Shown: positions 13,448-28,211 of the stretch, piece by piece | Layout: each line of letters starts with the position of its first letter | How positions within the stretch are numbered: position 1 is the first letter of the stretch | From: Auanema rhodensis | Taxonomy: Eukaryota; Animalia; Nematoda | Direction of reading: 5' to 3' | DNA length: 64,000 nucleotides | NCBI GenBank assembly: GCA_964057225.1 | Contig: OZ059897.1 | Coordinates: 16,678,001 to 16,742,000 of the forward strand | Notes under the pieces: model-generated | Database searches by the model: none | What the model saw: only the letters and a program-made list of their open reading frames with translations | What the model was told of the DNA's origin: nothing | Program-made: the position numbers and the translations under genes

Positions 13448-15505
13448 TCATTTTTTGAGTTTGGATAGAAGTCCCAAATATTGTGGACTCTGTAGAAAAC
13501 GAACATATGGATCATTACGAAGAACCTGAAAAGAAAATCCATTTGTTCCTATAATTTCAAGGGTTATATAGAAATTACTTGTTCGACATGCTTGATAGCT
13601 TCATCAAAAATGGATATATCTACATCCTTGTCTTCAATTCTACGCTCAATAACCTGACGAACTCCAAATGGCAGGAATACCTAAATCAATGTTTCAGTTG
13701 AATACAAACGGAGCAACAACAAAAATGAAATAGCTAATATATTAACCTCATTACTAGCTCCTTCAACTAGATATGTATTGAGTATAATTCTTGCCAAGTT
13801 TACCATAGCTGGACTTTTATTTTTTGTTGCACGGAATTCAACAACAGCTTCCCAAAAGCGAAGATTCTCTTCAGCATGAATCCCACGTAAAAATAAACGA
13901 AAATGATGGCGACCAACCTGTAACAAGATACAGCAATTATATTTGAATTTACTTTTTTTTTAATAAAAAAACTACAAACTTACATGATTGCCTAACAATG
14001 CTTCAAATGATGTTGTCCATTTCTCAGCATATGAACGAGGTAAAAGCTGCTCCAGGAAATCTAGATAGATTTCAGATCGTCTGAATCGAGGAAACTGGTC
14101 ATTTTCCAATAAACGACGAATCTGAAAAATTGAGGGTATGCTCTGAATTTTGGAAAAGATGTTTCTCTCAGGGAGCATGAAATTCTTGGAATTTCAAACA
14201 TACTTCTTTCATGGCTGGAGCAAAATCATCAGGATCAAGGACATCAGATTCAGCAGCATCTCGAAGTTTCTATAATTTAAAATTTTATCAACTTTTTATA
14301 TTTTTTAATATATATGTATATGTATATTTGATTAAATCAGAAGAAATATCAATTGTTCTACCTTCATTGCTCCACTGCTCAGATTAACGTATGGGGAATA
14401 TTTTTCAATTACTTCTTTTGCATAAGCCTTAAATCAATTTAAATAATTATTATAAAATTATTCTTTGATTTTACTTTCTTTTCATCACTGCTTTTCATTT
14501 TTTTCAACTTATCTAACTCTTCTAAGAATGTTAGATTTTCTTCAGCCAAAGCGTCAAATAAGAAGCATCGGAAAAGTTGACGACCTTAACATATATTTAA
14601 TCTGATTATACATATATTATGAAATAATTTTAAACCTTTTTCATCAGCCAAAATATTGGCACAACTTCCAGATGCCCAACTAGCTGCTCGAACATATTCA
14701 ATTCCAGCAGTATCTGGCAAAGGAGGAGGAGAACGATCCACCTTAGCCATAGGATCAAACATAGCCATTGTCTAAAAATCTTTTGATTAAATGTCATCTT
14801 AAATATATGTTTATATATATATATTATATACTAATCTTGATTATATATATTATATAAAACTAAAATAATAATTAAAAATTTCTTTTTTTTTTGAATAAAA
14901 AAAAGAATAAAGTTATTGGTATCCGCTAGTGAACATATATGAAAAGATAAAATATGGTATATTATACTATACTATATTTATATCTAACTATATGATATTC
15001 AGATTTGTTCATTATTCAAAATAACAATTTTTTAATGAATATTATTGAGAATATTACAGAAAATAGAATCAACCAAATAGGTATGAAAGCCGATCATTAA
15101 ACATTATTTTTATTTAATTTCAAAAATGAATAATAAAAAAGAATATTTGTAAATAAATTATTTCTAATGAATTTGGAAAAAAAAAGTTTTTTTTTCAAAA
15201 TATAATAATAATTTAAAGAAAATATACATATAGCTAACTTGATAGATATAGCAAAATGAAAAGTTATCTAAAACTTTTTATGCGAAAATGACAGAAAGTT
15301 CTTTGCTTATATATGAATATGAAAATTAAAATTTTATTTATTTGATTAGAGAAAAAAGTTTTTTCCATGTTGGAAACTAATGAAGTAAATTCAGGTTGAT
15401 TGACTTGAATATTACAATATCTATTTCAATAAAGATATATGTATAAATAGAAAAAGAAATTATATATTCACCTTTCCTTTTCGACATTCTTAAAACATTC
15501 TAACA

Positions 15506-15540
<35 letters not shown>

Positions 15541-18500
15541 TCTTTCTCTATCTATCTATCTCTCTTTCTCTATCTCTTTATCTCTCTATTCTGTAATTCT
15601 TCTAACTTTCTACTCCCACTCTTTCTTTTCCGCGCTCTCAAATTTAACATTTTATTCAATTCAATTGCTCTCTGATTTTCAATTAAAGAATTATTATATA
15701 GTATAAATCATGAGAAATATATAAATATATTCTAAAATTCAAATCGTATAAATCTAATCTTGATAGCTATATGAAATTAAAAACCTTTCACATACAGCTA
15801 TTTCATTTGTAAACTTAAGATTTGAAAAGAATTTTTTTTTTTTTTAAATTTAATTTTATATTGAAATCATTCTAAATAATAAGAATGTATAGTAAATTGG
15901 ATGATAGCATTTTATTAAAAAGTAGAGAAATAGAAATCCTGAGCTGATCCATATTTCTACGGAAATCTACACTGATTTCAGAAAACGGGTAAGAAAGAGC
16001 TTATGATTGTTGTATATGCCTGATCTTTTTTTCTTTTTTTCTTTCTCCCTCCCCTCCCCACCTATTTTCCAACGTATAACACTCTTTCTCTCCCTCCCTC
16101 CCTCTCTCTCTCTCTTTTCTTCTCCTTCTCTATGTTTCTATTTTATCATAGAGATACATAGATACATACATAAAGATATAAATATATTTATATTATTCTC
16201 GTATCTATAGCCATTTTACCATTAAAAAATCTGTTTTTTTAATTTGCAGGCTACCTCTCGTTGTCTACATTTCTCTTTCATCACAATTCTCTTTTATAAT
16301 GATTATTATTGCTTTTGTTGCTTAACTCAATTCATCATTTCATGCATATGTATCTGAATGTATCTTATTTCGTTGCTAGGTTGCCCGTTTCCAAGGTAAA
16401 TGAATCTAGTCATGCCTTTTGTTCCTCAATTTTATCAGTCTAGTATGTGGAATCATATTAAATGTTTTGAATAATTCTCAATCTCACGCAACAATTCTCC
16501 AAAAAATGTAGTAATTCAGTAGTTTCTTGGGATATTATGAAAAAAACAGGAATCATTTTGTGAAACTTACAAAAGTAGAATGAGCTTTTTTAGGAACTGG
16601 AGACGGATTTGGTGAAATAGGTGAACTACTGGTTGATCCAGATGGCAGTGTTAGCTCTTGAGCTGGGTTAGATGAATTCGACGACACAGAAGCTACGGAA
16701 ACGGATCGTGATGTTCGACTGCAATCAGAATTCAATAACATTAACTATATCAAGCATTTTACAATTATATATTTTAACTTCAACATTAGTTTGAACTTGA
16801 ATTATATTTAAATATATTTTAATTAAAACATTTATGTTAAAAACTAAAAATATAAATTAACATATTAAAACAATAAAAAATAGTTTTAATAATAAGAAGT
16901 TAATGATCAAAAGTGTATCAATGTTGTTTCATTTGAAATAAAATATTTATTTTTCTATTTTTTGTGAAAAATATTAATTTATTACAGTATATCCTTCAAA
17001 ATATTTTTTTATATACTATAATTATAAATTATAACTGGTAATACTATAATTAAACTTACCCTGGATGTAAATAGCAATAGTTATCTTCCTCGGATGAGGC
17101 CAGATCATAAAACTCTTTATCACTTATCAACATTATTTACGTTTTCGAATTATAATTTTTCAAAATAAAAATCATGAAATAGAAGAGAAAAATGAAGTTC
17201 TCGTTGTAAACGAATTCTTCTGAACAAAAACTTTAAGTTGTTGCTCCTTATTTAAGAAATCACCATCAGCTTCATCATTATACAACTTAATAACAACGTA
17301 TTGATATCAAAATATTATTGTTTAAGATCAATAACGATTAGAAATATTCAAAAACATATAAGAAAATTACAAATTCAAAATAAAAACAAAATAAATTATT
17401 TTTTTGTACAACTTTATCAAAAAGAAATTGAATATAATGATACAGGAAGAAGAATTATATGATATACCGCTTTTAGAAATCTCTATTCATTTCTAAAAGA
17501 AACGAAATACTTTTGACCAAAAAATGACGTCAAATGAAGATGGTCGGGAAAAAAGCTACGCAAGACTTGAATTATTATAATCTAATTCTGATTGATAGTC
17601 TAAATGAGATAACAAACGAACGTCATTTCAATTTTGGTTAAAATTAGAAAAAAATGTTCTTTTTTTGGTTGAATACCTCTGCATATTCTTTTTTTTTCTA
17701 TTTCTTATAGAGGTATTACAGAGATATAGAAGCAGAAAGTATTATATTCATTATCTTCTTTGATTCTTCTTCCCCCACCTCTCTCTGTCTCTCTTTCTTT
17801 CTCTCTTTCTGTCTGTCTCTCTCTGTCCTTCTGTCTGTCTTTTTCTCTCTTACCTACACACTCAATTCTCTTTTTTTACTGTTTCATAACTTATCTTTCA
17901 TGATATTTATAGAATCAAAATATCATTTACAGTATTCCATCAAGAATTCCTGTTCATCTTTCATACAAGAAAAGTCGAAATTTGTATTCAGATTATTTAT
18001 AATCAGTATGAAAAAAGAACTTTATTTATCATACAATTCTGAAAACAATAAAATTCTTTTAATTATTCTTTTTTTCTTTTTTTTATATGAGCATCTCGTA
18101 CCTATTTCAGATCTTTCATTCTAAGATATTTTAAAATTAAATTCTAAACTAAATAAAAAAAATAATTTTTTGAAATGGCTAACTAACTGAGTAGCTAGTT
18201 ATAGTTATCCAGTTTATCTGTTAACCGAGTAACATCTTTGCAACGTTGCCATGGCAAATACAACGTCATCTTCCATCCATATTCATTTTATAATAATGCT
18301 ATCAGATTCTATACTACAGAAACAAATTTTAGTTGCCACTGTACTTTCTGAATCTTTTTGATTCGCTCCTCTCCATATACCTACTAGATAAAAGCACTAG
18401 TCGATTAAAACGTGAGAGGCAAAGAAAAAATGAAATATTCTGTATACCATGTATAATGTGTCGCATCTCGTATGGGTGTACAAATTAGGGTTTATATGAA

Positions 18501-19285
18501 ATCACGAAGTTCAAATTTTCTTGCAATATTGAATGTTTTGATAGTTATGAATGATAATAAAATAAGTATATGTTATAAAAACCTATAAATTATTAAACTT
18601 TGAACAAGATTCAATGTAATCTATCAATCATTTAGTAAAAATTGTAGCATTCTCATCATTTTTCTTTGCAATATTATATAATCGATATTGGTTAATATAA
18701 TATATTCCGAACAAGTTTATTTGAATATCACGTAACAAACGTGAAAAATTTTTATTGTTATTTCAATTAATAATAGAACGGTTGTACCAAAATATTTTTT
18801 TCATTTGAATAATTTATTTATTATTAAAATTGAAAAAAAAATAAATTAGCCTTTGTTATCACATAAAATATTTCAAAAATTGTATGATCTCAAGACAGCT
18901 AGATAAACAAATACATTGCAGATCTAGTAGTACGAGATCAAATCCCTATGTGCTGGAATTTAACCATAAGTAGATAGTACCACGTTACAGTAAGATTATT
19001 CCAGCACAAAACTAAACACTCATCGCAAAAGTGGGAATTTGAAGTGCGCCGTATACTTTACGAGTGTTTATGAGAACAACTAATCTAATGCTAGTTTAAC
19101 CAGAAAGATCGGAAAATTACACACAAAAAGTTGGGAAAATCGCCAGCATTATTCGAAATCTTCCATTCTACACGTATAATGCTTCTAAAAAAAGAGAAGT
19201 GAACTAACTCGTTAACAGGATTAGATAATGGAGTTGAAATTCTTGTTGCAGTTGAACCGTCCGATTCCTTAAAGCTACGCCACAT
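13448..19285 (-). CDS. rgs-3: Regulator of G-protein signalling with two tandem RGS domains
   Basis: Exon 19285-19121 (MWRSFKE...FRSIIRVEWKISN), exon 16744-16571 (Ser/Pro-rich), then core exons from about 14771: MAMFDPMAKVDRS...RAASWASGSCANILADEKGRQLFRCFLFDALAEENLTFLEEL...RRLLENDQFPRFRRSE (RGS1) and GRHHFRLFLRGIHAEENLRFWEAVVEF...VLRNDPYVRFLQSPQYLGLLSKLKK* (RGS2). Splice phases are consistent, and it matches recalled C. elegans RGS-3. Confidence 0.92.
15506..15588. repeat. Compound (CT)n/(CTAT)n microsatellite in an rgs-3 intron
   Basis: ctctctct...ctatctatctatctctctttctctatctatctatc seen directly. Confidence 0.9.
18245..18258. promoter_or_regulatory. X-box (RFX/DAF-19)-like element in rgs-3 intron 1
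   Basis: GTTGCCATGGCAAA, a 13/14 match to the palindromic X-box GTTGCCATGGCAAC. Confidence 0.5.
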
Positions 19286-21511
19286 CAGTTGGTCATCAGA
19301 ACAAAATTAAAGCAATTCTAGCTTCTACAATCTGGAAAATATTTTAGAGGTAAGAAAGAAATATTTAATTCACTATTTTAATTTTAAAATTTACATAAAT
19401 ATAGAGTTAAATTTAGAATATAAATAAATACAATGTTTAAAAGTTAACTACATTATAGAATTTTACTAGGTCAGTTGAAACTACAATTTAGTAATAAAAA
19501 TGAGAAAAAATGTTTCATTTATTCTTATTTGAACATTTCTTAAAATAAACTAAAAATATATAGTGTGACATACGTATTGATGACAATACTTATTGGTTGC
19601 AATCAAAGGTGTAATTATGAATATAGAATTTTCATTTTAAAAAAAACAATAGGGATATTAGTATAAAAAAATTATATAGAAAAATTATTTATAGTAATCA
19701 ATATTTTAAGCTGAATATGAGATAATATTGGAGACAAATGAATAGAAAATATTTTAAAGATGAATTATCATAATAACCTTTATACTAAAGATATTTAGTT
19801 ATAACACTGATATATTTATTTTGAAAAAAAATAAAGAAAAACATTGTTTAGCTAATAATATAGTAAATTGTGATATATATATATATATATATATATAGTA
19901 TAGAATTATAAGAGTTTTATCAACAACATGAAATGAAATACAAACATATCTGTTTATAATTGAATATATTCGAAATATCAAATATAACTGTTCAATATTC
20001 ATATATATTGATATAGTTAACTATATTAAAAATAAATGAAAAAGTTAATTTTAGTATTTTGATTTTCACGTTCAATCATAAGCTCAGATTTAGTTGATTT
20101 AAGAAACACACAAATATTACCTATATTCATGTACATGAAAAGGTAATTGAGAAGAAAGAAAACGAAATAAAAAAATATTTTCTTTGTATAACTATACGAC
20201 GAGAAAAATTTAGTTGAAAAGAAAACTATATCAAACCTAATTTTTGCAATCAGGTGTGAGATTTCCTTTTTTGTTTGAAACACGCACACAGACATACATA
20301 CATGCATGTATACATAGAAATAAATAAAAAATTACATTGATACATTTTTTTACACGAAAAATATATATTTTAATAAGAAAAAGAAATGTTTTTATTCTTT
20401 GTTGCCTTTTTTATTCAGAAATCAAGAAAAAAGAAAAGAAAAAAACCGATATTCGTATAATATATTTAGCATATAATTTAAATACTTTCAGGTTAAACAA
20501 CTATGTTGTAAAATTGTTCAAAAAGGAAATTTTGATGTAATCGTCTATTATATTTCTTAAATTGTTAGTATTTCTAGTAATCTATGTTTTGAAGCATATA
20601 AATATACATTAATATATTCTTTCTTGAATAATCTTTTTCAATCAATGATGTATAAACATGGATTTTTGAGTAATATCTTGTTAGAATATATTTCATATTG
20701 AATAACAGCTTTTACCTATTCGTTGTCATAGAAATAAGTTAATATTCATTGGAAATTATGAAGAAAAATCAGTAGCAATAGGATATTTCGAAGATAATTG
20801 AGCAAAAGTAGTTAAATGATCTTCGGATTCAATGGTTAAAACTCATTTAGGATCAGCTAATCAATTTACATTAAATATTAAGTTTTATCAATCGAATGGT
20901 TATACATATGTTTATCACAAATAATTGTCTAGACTTTCAAAGACTAACAACTCAGAATATTCTCTGATTTTCCAGACCAACCATATAACGTTGTCAATAC
21001 TTTGAATTGAAACAAAACAAATATAAAAATGGAAAAGAATGAGCTTTTAGTTGTGTTAGATAGACACATAGGAGGTCTGAGTGTAGAAGATATTGGTAGT
21101 AGAGAAGTAAGAGTGAAATATCGAGAAAGAATGTGAATCTAAAGAGAAGTAAGACAAAAAAAAGATTTTGATATGAATTGAACATGAAGAAGAAATTGAA
21201 GAAGAAAACTCAAAAATGATTAAAATACTAAATCCTGGAGAAAAGAAAAGTAATAGGAATGTTCCGAAGTATGAAATCAACGACAATATTTCTCTGATTA
21301 GAATGGGTTTTCGACTAAATTAACACCAGTTATGGGAAACGTTTCGCATTATGTCTTCAAGTTCTATGACATATGATTTTTTTTTGAACAAACGAAATTA
21401 AAATATCAAATATTTATTTCCTCGCTATTTACATACAATTTGCACACTTTTAATATATAATACGATAATATAAGTAATGTTTGTTTTAAACTTATTTTGT
21501 TTTGTTTTAAC

Positions 21512-22297
21512 TTAGCAGCTTGAAGTGGGATGATCAAGATATGGGAAGAGAACTGTAAATATTAAACGGCTGATAACTTCTCCGAATACAACAGCCAAGC
21601 ATAACCAAAAGTTGAAAGTCATGAACACGAGCATAAGACAATAATTCAAGAATAATTGGAAGAAATGTAATAATGCATCAAAGACATTATTTAAAGAAAA
21701 TTGTGGACTGAATCTAAAATAAAGACAATGTTTAACTTTCTTTTGTTTATAAAAAAATAGTTAACTGTATAATAATTTACCTCAAACGTTGTTCAGTTAT
21801 AACTTCTCGTGATAATGAATTCTGAACTGTTCGATACTGTCTGAGCCAACGAATTGTTTCCATGATAAAGCACATAACCATCACAGCTATACAAGAGAGG
21901 AACATACCTAAAATTAAATTTTGTTAAAAAAAACTAAAAACTAAAATAGAAAATGTTAATGTAACATAAAAAAATTTGTTTATATAATTTCCGTTGTTTA
22001 AAACTAAACAAAAAATCTACTTTAACACGGTTATTCATTGATGAGCAAGAAAAGAAAAAATTTAATCAACAAATGTATTGAAGTATGTTTTTATTAAAAT
22101 TTGTATACTACCAATTCTTTTGTATTAAACAAATTTCTTCATTGATTCTTACCTCCATCACTATCTGGCATCCAGAAATCAAAAAGGATTGTTTCCATTT
22201 TTCCAAAATGGAAAGTCATAGCATGTTTCATTGTCTGTGATGTGGATAACATATCATGTGTAGGCATAGCACCGTGATGATGAGCAGAATGATCCAT
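21512..22297 (-). CDS. CTR/SLC31 family copper transporter, 3 coding exons
   Basis: His/Met-rich N-terminus MDHSAHHHGAMPTHDM...MKHAMTFHFGKMETILFDFW; TM1 GMFLSCIAVMVMCFIMETIRW; TM2 with MxxxM (YCLMLVFMTFNFWLCLAVVFG); ends DHPTSSC* (TAA 21514-21512). Confidence 0.92.
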
Positions 22298-24176
22298 CTT
22301 TTCCTGAGAAAAAAAAATAAAATAAAAGTTTTAATAAAAGAATATAACATATAGTTAAAAATAATTAATAAAAATGAAACAGATGCGTAGTTTGGAAAGA
22401 AAAATTGAAATAGAAAACTTATAATATGAACAGTAATACGGTTCTACTTTCAATTCTAATATAATCGCCGACAACAATCTGAGGAAGAAACAAAGAAATC
22501 GCATACAATCTAGTAATATCAAACGTCATCCTAGTTTTCCGAGACCATCAATACTATTAATTAAGATAGGGAAAATATAAGAAAATCTGTTTCGTACATC
22601 GACTACAGATCGAGCAATGGCCAAAATAGAACATTGAAGAGTAGAGAGTTCAAATGAACCTTTTTATGGCCAATACTATTGCGGTGGGAGGGGTACGAGA
22701 ATGCCTACGTGAGAACTATCCTAGAACAATATGATGTTGGCCATGATGATGGATGTAGATTTGATAAGATACGTTCTGTTCTAGACAGTATAGCTTGAGT
22801 GAAATAGATGACACAAGAACTGTTGGCAGTCACCTCCAACCATGAAAAACAGGATTACAGACATACACACACATACATGCGTGCATTTATTTCCACTCTC
22901 TCATTCTTTCTTTATATTTCTTGTATCCTGTCTCACCTCTTCTTTTTCTCTTCTTTCAAACTCTTCGTATCCTCTACTTTTCCATTTATTTTCCATCTCT
23001 TTCCGTCGTTTTTTGCCTTGTTTTCTTTTTCTCCAGTTCTAGGTTCCCTTAATCATTTCTGCAACTGTTAGAAGAAACGAGTTCTACTGGCGGATATTGG
23101 CAGCGCATCTTCTTAGAAAAACGTGATATTCTTAACATTGTGTGGATAAGAAACTATATAATAAAAAAAATGAAAAACAGTCCAAAAGAGTTTTACCAAA
23201 CTTCAATCTCAAAATTTAAAACTTTGAATAAACTAGCATTTGCTTAAAAAATTATATTGCCTATGGAAGTAAAATAGATTGTTGAATGTACAATGCGCAT
23301 ATAACTAGTTGAGTAGATCTACAAGATTTTAAAAACTTTCTAGTTAGGAACGACCTTGAAACGATTAACTTGGCATTCCGTTCAGAAACTTTTGATGAAT
23401 AATGGTTTACATATAGATAAAAAATGAAGTTGGTCATAAATAATACTAACTTTCGAGCGTAAAAACCGTTCTCTTTATAAAGATTCGGCTAGCTGATCCT
23501 TTGTTTATTGCACTCAGGGGCTCAATGACAGTCAAACAAATGAGGACGGATTGGCTGTTTTAAAGTTGGACAATAAACTAACAACAGTTTTAAACCGTGA
23601 TTATCGTTATTCCCTTTCCGAGTATTCCCAAAATTTTAATGTTTTCAAAAAATATGTAGAAAAGAAGCTTTACTGTATCAAGTATAATCATACATACATT
23701 TTGTCGTTTCTCTGAAAACGGTATCATGCGACAAACTGCGAATTAAAAATTACATGTGACCACAACTTAAGTTTATGATGGGGAATATTGATAACGACGA
23801 TCATTATGATTACTATTACTACAATATTTAGTTCATTTAATAATTAACTATAATTTATTAAGAATATGATTAATATTGTCAATACCTTTTTGGACCATAA
23901 GTAAATGTTGCAAGCATAATATTTTGCTTATATTCTTTTCAAGCTAATTATTAATTTATATAGCATCTAACCTTCATTCTATATATTACTTTTAAAAAAT
24001 AAATTTCAACTATATATTACAATCTGTGTTTCATACGCAACAAAGTACGCAATCTGTTGTTGTTTTTTGCTAACTTTATTTTTATTTATTAATCTTTAAA
24101 CAAATCTGAAGCTATCTTTCATTTCTAATACGCATTGATGCTTATAGCCAAAGTAAATGTGTTTTAGTAGAACATT

Positions 24177-27100
24177 ATGACAGAAGTGGGACCTGTTGTC
24201 ATTAATTATGCAGATTTTTTCTGGGTAAGATCTTACTCTATTTGTGCTATGTGTGTATTTCCTTTGCAGGGAGATAAAAATCATGGCTTTCACATCTTAT
24301 ATGAGAACATGAAAAAAGGTGAGGAAGCTGTTAATGAGGTGGCTCAATTTGTTAAAGAGAGATTAACAGTAGAGGAAGAATATACCAAGTTATTAAATAG
24401 AACTGTCAATAGAGTATGTTCATGCGGATAACTAATTGTTTAAATGAAATTCTAAGTTTAGGTTGGATCTGTATTATCTAATGGAACTGCTATCGATACT
24501 GCTTGGTCTTTGACTAAAAGTACTTTTGAAATTTTACTAGATGTACAAACTATGATGGTTAAAAACTTACAGGTGAAAAATAATTACTCGTATAAAAGAA
24601 ATGTGCTTTTTTCAGGATCTTTCTAGGGAAGTTACTAAATATAAGGATGACGTTTCAAAAACAAGAAAAGAGGCAAAAAATCAAGCTATCGTTGATGCTG
24701 TTAATCTTATGCAGACAACTACCACATGTCTCCAAAAGGTATTGTACTTTGAAAAACGTAGAAATGATCAAATCGCTTTAGGCCAAAGAAACTTATCAAT
24801 CCCGAGTTACTGAACTAGATAAATTGAAAAAAGAAGCTAATCAAAATCCCAAGGAAATTAATAAAGCAGAAGCAAAGTTGTTGAAGGCGCGAGATGAATA
24901 TCGTGCTTATATTGATAAGTATGAGGTTGTTCGTCTGGATTTCGAAGAAAAGATGACCAATGCCTGTGAAGTTTTCCAAAATCACGACAAGTATTCATTG
25001 ACTTCTTTGAAAATATTTGAAATTTTGTTATAGATCTAACTTCACTATGCTTCACAGCTTTCTTGAACAGTACGCTACACACCACCAAGAAGCGTTCTGT
25101 AGTGCTCAACAGGTATTATAAAAATTTTTGAAGTTTACATTTTTTATTTGCTTCCCTCAGTTGTGTGGCCAATTGCGAGAGTCGCTACAACAGATAAAAA
25201 TTGATGATTTGCTCTCACAGTTCGTAAATGAAAAGGGAACTGGAACAGATAGGCCATGTTCGCAATAGGCTTCGTATATTATCACTAACTTCAATATTTC
25301 AGTACCTATTGCTATTGAGGAACTGGATGCTCTTGATGCTTTGCAAGTAGCTCCTAGTGTAACTATCATCCCTTCTGTGTCCATTACCAATCCCTCGTCT
25401 CTACAGGTATCTATATTTTTTCAATGTATATTAACTACTATTATTTGCCAGCCAAGTATGTCACATCCCCCAACTTCTATTGCTCCCACTGATTTCTTAA
25501 GCCTGGGTGAATTGGACAACTGGGCGAACTCCGAAAAAAAAAATACTGCAACTCAAGTAGTTTGACTATGCTATTTATAATATTTCAACGTTGTTGTAGA
25601 ATTCTCCTACTGATTCTCATAACAGTGACTCCACTGTTGGTGCTCCAGCATCTATTTTCTCCTCATCTTTAGGAGGAAGTGGACAGAAGAAACTGTCAAT
25701 GTTCTTACCTAAGCGGAAAAAAACAGTATCACAAAGTAGCATTGGCGATGATAGCGAAACAACGGGAGGTTTCACAAATTCAGCAAGATGAGCAAATTTA
25801 TATTTTTTATAGGATTATTCAAATTTCGGCAGAATAGAAGGTCGAAAAAATCAACTACTGATCTCACCGCAATTGATAGAGCTGAAGCATTAGGGTATGC
25901 ATTTCTGCTTTATAACACATCTTTCAAAGTATTCTCGTTTGATATTTGATTAGATATCGTTTATCGTTCTTCTCATCGGTATCCGTTTTCAAGGATTTCG
26001 CTTTCATTTTTGGTTCTCGCTATTAGTCCTTGCGGTTAACTAGAGAAAATATTCGATTGCTATGAAATAATATTTAATTTATAAACATTATTTTAAGAAT
26101 GGATGATGCGCATAGTACGGCAAGCAGTTCTAAGAGTGATGATAAGGTTTTAATTTTTTTTTTGTTTCATTCTTTTTTCTTTCTTAGCATCACAATGGAA
26201 CCATAACTCTATTAGATACACCTGTTAATAAACCTGTAATTGATGAAGAAGGATTTTCTATTCCACAAACAGATACTACTGAAAAAGAAGACACAAACTG
26301 GTCAAGTTGTAGTAGTGATGAGGAGGTTTATTCACTTTTTGAACTACTTTTCAATCTTTTTATTCTTACAGGATGAAAATGAAATGCAACAGTCAAAAAT
26401 TAGAGCAATTACTATCAAACCAGCAGAATCTGTTAAGACCATGAATGCTTCGGTTGATGAATTACGGGATGCCATTGGGCTCATTACTATTGGTCGTAGT
26501 AGTACATTTGAGAAGGTTTTTTAATTTTCTTTTTTCGCTCTTGACTTGTTATTGTTTTTAGGATCCTTGGGGTACTTTCAGTGGTAATAAACCCCCGATT
26601 TTCTCACAGTCTTTGTCCGGGGGTAGTCTAAAGCCTCTTCGACAAGCTCATACGGGAGATGGGAGATTTCGTTCTAACTTTAGTGGTAGGTTCTTAAATT
26701 ATTTTATGGCATCAATGTTTTTTTTTGCAGAATCTGAGTTTAGTCGTAGCAACGTACCGTTGAATTTTTCTGCTTCGTGTGGACCGGTTGCTGGAATGGC
26801 TAGAGCTCGTCCACGTAGTAATACTCCTACACATAATTCAACGTTTGCTTTGTCGTCTCAACAGTCTCTTTCTAATGTTAATAAGGTAAGAGTTTGGAAG
26901 CAGATTTTTCATAAAATGCTTATTTAGGAAATTAGTGTTAGCCAAGATTGGGGATCATCTTTTGCCATAAATAGCACGGGTTCTCAGCATTCTTTAGCAG
27001 AATCTTATTTCAATTTGTCTCAATCTACTGCAAATCTCATGCAGGTTTTTCTGAAAACTTACTTGTACATACTTTTATATATTTTCTTTTTTAGGCTACT

Positions 27101-28211
27101 ATAAGTGAGCAACGCGTTCCAATTGCTATGGCGGTTAATGAGTATGCTCATGTATGGTTCAAAGGCACGGATTTATCAAAGTAATTTCTGAATATCTCCT
27201 TTAATTTTTTAAGTTATTGTTTTAGTAAAACTCAGCGTAATTTTGGTACTGTCATGATATCGTTTGCTTCTTCATCTTTACCATTACTAACTGATGTTCA
27301 TAATGATATTGAACCTCTACAATTTTCTTTAAATAATGCTGCAGGTATCAAAGCTGTTCTTCCTAATAAACAGGTAAATTATATTCTTTACCTTTTCTTC
27401 ATATTATCAGAATGGTTATTTAAGCTTATACTTCCACCTTCCGCTAATACCTCTCCGGAATCTACTTCCTATACGTATATTTTTGATAAGTTAGGGCTAG
27501 CTAATTGGCTACTTAGTCAGCAAAAAGACAAACCATCGGCCCCATTCTACAATGCTGAGGTTTATTCCATTTATTTTTATGTAATTTTTTTTGTTTTGTT
27601 TTTTAGGTTTTACGATATGAACTACTTGAAAGTGTAGGCCAACCTCCGTTGCAATTGACCACTTATTGGAAATGTGAAGACTCACACACTGGTGAAAAGC
27701 TTAACACATTGTTCATCTATAATTTTTCTCTTTAGATTTACGTATAGACTACACACTTAATGAAGAGGTTGTTAATACCCTTCTCAACGTTTCGTTCACA
27801 ACTAAGATTTCTGCAAAAGTTTCAACTCTGAACTCCGATCCCACTGCTAGCTGGTATTTTGTTATGACTATTATTGTGCTAATATTTTTTCCAGGAATCC
27901 AGAAACTTCGGATCTTTCGTGGTCTATTACAGAAGTTTCAAAACATGGTGATTGTTCAGGTTCATTGAAAGCAAGATTACATCTACAGGATGGAGAAAAG
28001 GCAACTATACCTGCCCAAACTTATGCGCAATTCAATGTATGAATCTTATTTTCCAAAACAGTAAAATTTTTCTGTTGTTTAATTTCAGAGTGCTGATATT
28101 TTGTCCGGTGTGAATGTTGCTTTGGATTCATCTGATACCTATCATTTGTCAATGGTTCGAAGGAAGCTGTTATCAGGAAAATACTTTTGTGAACCTGAAG
28201 TTCGAAAGTAA
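24177..28211 (+). CDS. fcho-1: FCHo/muniscin endocytic adaptor (F-BAR, AP2-activator linker, mu-homology domain), about 20 or more exons
   Basis: F-BAR start YADFFWGDKNHGFHILYENMKKG...FVKERLTVEEEY; linker motifs IDEEGFSIP, KIRAITIKP, ASVDELRDAIG, DPW; muHD start RVPIAMAVNEYAHVWFKG; C-terminus YHLSMVRRKLLSGKYFCEPEVRK* (TAA 28209-28211). Confidence 0.93.

Noticed and set aside
25954-25978. Possible microexon in the longer fcho-1 intron
   Set aside because: 25 nt and phase-incompatible with the flanking exons; no further support.
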